Assembly: GCA_037137535.1 (NCBI GenBank)
Contig: JBAXKC010000003.1
Coordinates: forward strand, 64,001 to 128,000
Direction of reading: 5' to 3'
Source: a bacterium
GTDB lineage: Bacteria > Cyanobacteriota > Vampirovibrionia > Gastranaerophilales > JBAXKC01
DNA: 64,000 nt
Each line of letters begins with the position of its first letter. Position 1 is the first letter of the stretch. The position numbers and the translations under genes were made by a program. Positions 59,924 to 64,000 of this stretch are shown here, piece by piece. The notes under the pieces are model-generated. The model saw nothing but the letters and a program-made list of their open reading frames with translations. It had not been told where the DNA came from and ran no database searches.

Positions 59924-62386
59924 ATGCTTATTTCGCTTGAATGGCTTAGTGAATATGTTGATATAAAAGGATTAACTCCTGAACAAATAGCTCATGAATT
60001 AACAATGAGCGGTTTAGAAGTTGAGGAAATAGAAAAAATCGGTGCAAAATTTACAAATATTGTTGTTGCCGAAATAAAAGGAATAAAACCGCATCCTCAA
60101 GCGGATAAATTACAGCTTGTGGAAGTGTTTAACGGTACAGAAACAAGAGAAGTAGTCTGTGGTGCTAGAAACATTGAAGTAGGGCAAATAATACCTTATG
60201 CAAGTGTCGGCTCTCAAGTTTCCGATAAAAACGGCGGAGAGTTATTTACTTTAAAGCCTGCTAAAATCAGAGGCGTTGAATCTCAAGGCATGCTTTGTTC
60301 TGCTGAAGAATTAGGACTCGAAACAAAGGATTATCAAGAAGATGACGGTATTCTTATTTTAAACAGGTTTAAAACTGATTTAAAATGCGGAATTGATGTT
60401 AAATCAGTTCTCGGAATAGCTGAAGATACTGTATTACATATTGCTCCAACCGCTAATAGAGGCGATTTGATGTCTATATTGGGAGTTGCAAGGGAAATCT
60501 CCGCAATTTTCTCAAGAGAGTTTAAATATTCTGAAATGGAATATCATGGAAATGATTGCGCTTCTGAGTTTAAAGTAGAAATAAAAGATGAAGATACTTG
60601 TAAATATTATGCAACAGGTCTTTTGAAAGACGTAAAAATCGGTGAATCGCCTGAATGGATGGTAAGAAGATTACAAAATTCAGGAATCAGAAGCATAAGT
60701 AATGTAGTTGACATTACAAATTATGTAATGATTGAATATGGACAACCTCTTCACGCTTTTGATTTTGATAAAATCGGTGGAAACTATCTTTGTGTAAGAA
60801 GAGCTAATGATGCTGAAACTATTGTTACTCTTGATGAAGTACAGAGAAAGATGACCACAGACAGTGTTGTAATTGCAAAAGAAGACGAAGCTGTTGCTCT
60901 TGCTGGTGTTATGGGTGGATTCTCTACGGAAATTGATGATAATACACATAATATTGTTCTTGAATCAGCTTATTTTACTCCTGCTACAAACCGTAAATCT
61001 GCTAGAAGTGTTGGACATAGAACTGATGCTTGCGCAAGATTTGAGCGTGGAGTGGATATTGAAAGAGTAAAACCTGCTTTAATAAGAGCTATGGGATTAA
61101 TGGCAGAACTTTGCGGAGCTAAAGTTGAAGGAGTTGTTGAAACTGGAGTTAATAAACTTGAAGAACAAGTTGTTACTTTAAGATTCGGGCAAATTACAAG
61201 ACTATTAGGACTTGAAATTCCAGTTGAAAAATGTGTTGAAATTCTTGAAAATCTTGGTTTCACAGTTCAAGGGAAAAATGAAATTGCGGCAAGATTTGTT
61301 GTTCCTAGTTATAGGGCAAATGATGTCAGCAGAGAAATTGATCTTATTGAAGAAATAAGCAGAATTTATGGTTATGACAAAGTAGAGCCGACTCTTCCAA
61401 AAGGTTCGGTTGCTTGTGAGATAAGTTTTGAAACAAATATACTTGAAAAAATCAATGAAATGTTCATTGGGACTGGGTTTAATGAAATTGTAACTTCTTC
61501 ATTAATGGGTTATCCTTTGTTAAATCAAATAGGCATTGAGTGTGATGAAGAAAAAGCGGTAAAAGTTACAAATCCTCAATCTGAAGAATATACAATGCTT
61601 AGACAAAGCCTTATACCTAGTATTCTTAACGTTGTTAAAAATAATTTAGATATGGGACAAAAAGATTTAAAACTGTTTGAAGTTGGTAAAACATATTTCT
61701 ATAACGGTTCACACGATGAAAAAACGAGCGGAGTCAATGAACAAAGAATTCTTGCAGGAGTTGTAACGGGAAATAAAACTAAAGGACTTTGGAAAAATCC
61801 TGTTACTGATGATTTTTACAGCGTAAAAGGAATGATAGAAAGCCTTTTAAATGTGCTTGGAATTGCAGGAAGAGTTGATTATTCGGCTTGTAGTGATATT
61901 TCTTATATGCATCCTGGCAGAACTGCTAAAATTACCCTTTTAGGCAAAGGCAATCCTGTTCTTGGCTTTATTGGCGAATTGCATCCTTTAACCGCTGATA
62001 AATATAAGATTAACCAGCCTGTTTATTTATTTGAAATTAACTTTGAACTTCTTATAAATGCGTTAAATCCTACGGTTACAAAATTCAAGTCGTTACCTCA
62101 ATATCCTACAATGAGTAGAGATATAGCATTTATAGCGGATAAAGCAATTTCATTTGCTGATACCTTAAAAGTTATCAAAAAAGCAGCTTCAAATATTCTT
62201 CGTGAAACAGATATTTTTGATGTCTATGAAGGTAAGCACGTTCCTCAAAATAAGAAAAGCGTTGCTTTTAGGTTGATGTTTCAAGATTTTGACGCAACTT
62301 TAACAGACGAAAAAGTTGATGCAGAAATGAAAAAAGTCAGAGCTGCTCTTGAAAAAGCATACGCTGACGTATCATTTAGAGAATAA
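59924..62386 (+). CDS. pheT: Phenylalanyl-tRNA synthetase beta subunit
   Basis: HPQADKL, VCGARN, RGVESQGMLCS, GQPLHAFD, RFERGVD, DLIEEISRIYGY, C-terminal FDX-ACB domain. Confidence 0.98.
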   Translation: MLISLEWLSEYVDIKGLTPEQIAHELTMSGLEVEEIEKIGAKFTNIVVAEIKGIKPHPQADKLQLVEVFNGTETREVVCGARNIEVGQIIPYASVGSQVSDKNGGELFTLKPAKIRGVESQGMLCSAEELGLETKDYQEDDGILILNRFKTDLKCGIDVKSVLGIAEDTVLHIAPTANRGDLMSILGVAREISAIFSREFKYSEMEYHGNDCASEFKVEIKDEDTCKYYATGLLKDVKIGESPEWMVRRLQNSGIRSISNVVDITNYVMIEYGQPLHAFDFDKIGGNYLCVRRANDAETIVTLDEVQRKMTTDSVVIAKEDEAVALAGVMGGFSTEIDDNTHNIVLESAYFTPATNRKSARSVGHRTDACARFERGVDIERVKPALIRAMGLMAELCGAKVEGVVETGVNKLEEQVVTLRFGQITRLLGLEIPVEKCVEILENLGFTVQGKNEIAARFVVPSYRANDVSREIDLIEEISRIYGYDKVEPTLPKGSVACEISFETNILEKINEMFIGTGFNEIVTSSLMGYPLLNQIGIECDEEKAVKVTNPQSEEYTMLRQSLIPSILNVVKNNLDMGQKDLKLFEVGKTYFYNGSHDEKTSGVNEQRILAGVVTGNKTKGLWKNPVTDDFYSVKGMIESLLNVLGIAGRVDYSACSDISYMHPGRTAKITLLGKGNPVLGFIGELHPLTADKYKINQPVYLFEINFELLINALNPTVTKFKSLPQYPTMSRDIAFIADKAISFADTLKVIKKAASNILRETDIFDVYEGKHVPQNKKSVAFRLMFQDFDATLTDEKVDAEMKKVRAALEKAYADVSFRE

Positions 62387-62389
62387 CCC

Positions 62390-62800
62390 ATGATTGAAAG
62401 ATTATTAAAATCACCTACTGATAACCTATTCATACAGTTTTTCCGTTATATCATAGCTGGAGCTTTCTCCATTGTAGGCGATTTTTATTTACTTTATATT
62501 TTAACGGCAATGTTTGGATGGAGTTATTTAACGGCTTCGCCTGTTGCGTTTTTATTTGGAATGACCGTAAATTATGTTATTAGCGTTTTATGGGTGTTCA
62601 AATCGGGCAAACTTAGTAATAGATTTGCAGAATTCGGTATTTTTGCTCTTATCGGATTATTGGGAATGTCGTTAAATCAGCTTTGCATGTGGTTTTTTAC
62701 AGATAAACTTCACTTTTATTATATGATTTCTAAAATCTTTGCGTTAAGTGTTGTTTATATAGTAAATTTCACGATAAGGAAGAAGATACTTTTTAATTAA
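62390..62800 (+). CDS. GtrA-family membrane protein
   Basis: QFFRYIIAG, NYVISVLWVF, NF...K..F; 4 TMs. Confidence 0.88.
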   Translation: MIERLLKSPTDNLFIQFFRYIIAGAFSIVGDFYLLYILTAMFGWSYLTASPVAFLFGMTVNYVISVLWVFKSGKLSNRFAEFGIFALIGLLGMSLNQLCMWFFTDKLHFYYMISKIFALSVVYIVNFTIRKKILFN

Positions 62801-62802
62801 AT

Positions 62803-62835
62803 AAAAAATCGGACTTTTAATAAGTCCGATTTTTT
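62803..62835. terminator. Bidirectional terminator
   Basis: AAAAAATCGGACTT-TTAAT-AAGTCCGATTTTTT. Confidence 0.85.
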
Positions 62836-63247
62836 ATTTTGGATTAATCGTAAATTCCTGTTGAATCACAGGAGCATAAAGCTGATCCCTTGTAAAAATC
62901 CTTAAAAGATATGTTCCGTCTTTATGAAGAACAAAACTATCAGTTACAAAAGGATTATTTGTATCTATTTCTATATCTCTTGCCATTGCCATAGAAAATC
63001 CGTCTATCGGCATTAATACTGTTAGTTTTAGTATTTGTACCCTTAAAATATTAGTTTGATATTCTTTTGGATAATAAAATAAAAACCATATTTTTTGTCC
63101 GACATTAAAGCTTTTAGCTGTTTTATCCAAAGAAAAGTTATTTTGAGTAAGTTTTTCACTACTTAAAAATAATGCAGGTTTTTCTTTATCACATGAAACA
63201 AGTAGAAAAGAGCTTATTAAAAAAAGAAATATAATGAATTTTTTCAT
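62834..63247 (-). CDS. Hypothetical lipoprotein
   Basis: MKK, hydrophobic core and LVSC lipobox; beta-rich mature part. Confidence 0.75.
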   Translation of the reverse strand: MKKFIIFLFLISSFLLVSCDKEKPALFLSSEKLTQNNFSLDKTAKSFNVGQKIWFLFYYPKEYQTNILRVQILKLTVLMPIDGFSMAMARDIEIDTNNPFVTDSFVLHKDGTYLLRIFTRDQLYAPVIQQEFTINPK

Positions 63248-63250
63248 TTA

Positions 63251-64000
63251 TTATTTAACTTTTGTGTTTAACACTTTAATTCTAAGTTTTATATCTTCAG
63301 CTTCAGGGCTGTCAGGAGCAAAAGTTATAAATTTTTTATAATTGTTTAATGCTTCTTTATAGGCTTTTTCTTTTTCATATTCTGCACCGATTGCATAATA
63401 TGCGTATGCAAAATCGGATTTTGTTCGGATTATTTCATTAAAGCAGGCTTTAGCTTCAGGACCTTTATTAAGATCGGCATAAGCTAAACCAAGGTTAAAT
63501 CTTATGTCAATATTATCAGGATCAAGCTTCAGAGCTTGTTCATATATTTTTTTAGCTTCAAGAGAATTTTTATTATCTCTATAAGCATTACCTAGTTTAA
63601 CAAGTGCTTCAAGATTTATTTTATCGGTTAATAAAACTTTTGAATATTGAGCTATCGCATTATCCAGTTCATTTTTATCAGCATAAATATCACCAATTTT
63701 TAAATTTGCCTCAATTGAATTAGGATCAAGTTCCAGCACTCTTTCAAATGCGCCTGATGCTTCAGCTGTTTTTTCAACTTTTAAATAAGCATTTCCCATT
63801 GCAAGGAAAAGGTCTTTATTTGATGAATCTTTTGCTGCCGCTGCTTCATATTTTTCAATGGCTTCATCATAACGACCAAGTTTTTGGTAGCTGTTGGCTG
63901 CACCTGTTAAAGCATAAAAATCCGATGGATTTTTTTTCAACGCAAGATTATAACTGTTTAAAGCTGATTCAAAATTACTATTTTTAAAATAATTATTTCC
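63251..64000 (-). CDS. TPR-repeat protein (5' end beyond the window)
   Basis: Multiple TPRs (FNLGLAY, LGNAY, YAIGAEY); frame stays open to the window edge (GNNYFKNSNFESALNSYNLALKKNP). Confidence 0.9.
   Translation of the reverse strand, partial: GNNYFKNSNFESALNSYNLALKKNPSDFYALTGAANSYQKLGRYDEAIEKYEAAAAKDSSNKDLFLAMGNAYLKVEKTAEASGAFERVLELDPNSIEANLKIGDIYADKNELDNAIAQYSKVLLTDKINLEALVKLGNAYRDNKNSLEAKKIYEQALKLDPDNIDIRFNLGLAYADLNKGPEAKACFNEIIRTKSDFAYAYYAIGAEYEKEKAYKEALNNYKKFITFAPDSPEAEDIKLRIKVLNTKVK

Overview
AT-rich bacterial chromosomal window made up mostly of housekeeping genes: flhB-flhA, ruvB, valS, recA-rny-ymdB-PHP, a PilT-family ATPase, sugar ABC permeases, xerD, serS, cysK-cysE, purB, an M16 peptidase, thrB, rimP-nusA-ylxR-infB-rbfA-truB, 7TM-HD/ybeY/dgkA and pheST. 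The mix of a flagellar export gate, an OprB-type outer-membrane porin, CHASE2-GGDEF signalling and Firmicutes-like gene order suggests a non-photosynthetic cyanobacterial relative (Melainabacteria/Vampirovibrionia, e.g. Gastranaerophilales); this is inference only. No rRNA, tRNA, CRISPR array, transposase or prophage was seen. The most interesting signal is a set of orphan genes that lack Sec signal peptides and have polar N-termini. Two are tandem paralogues (685 bp period) sharing a near-identical upstream region and first 25 codons, fused to divergent permuted papain-fold (H...Y-x-L-x3-NC) domains. Four share a promoter-like motif T[AG]GCAwTTTw...GTTT, and three carry an N-terminal F-(K)-G motif. 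Together they look like a co-regulated repertoire of secreted effectors. Other observations are a riboswitch-like attenuator leader (37705-37846), a probable ATA start codon for rny, a relic MCP C-terminus before oprB, and a 69-bp tandem repeat in infB.
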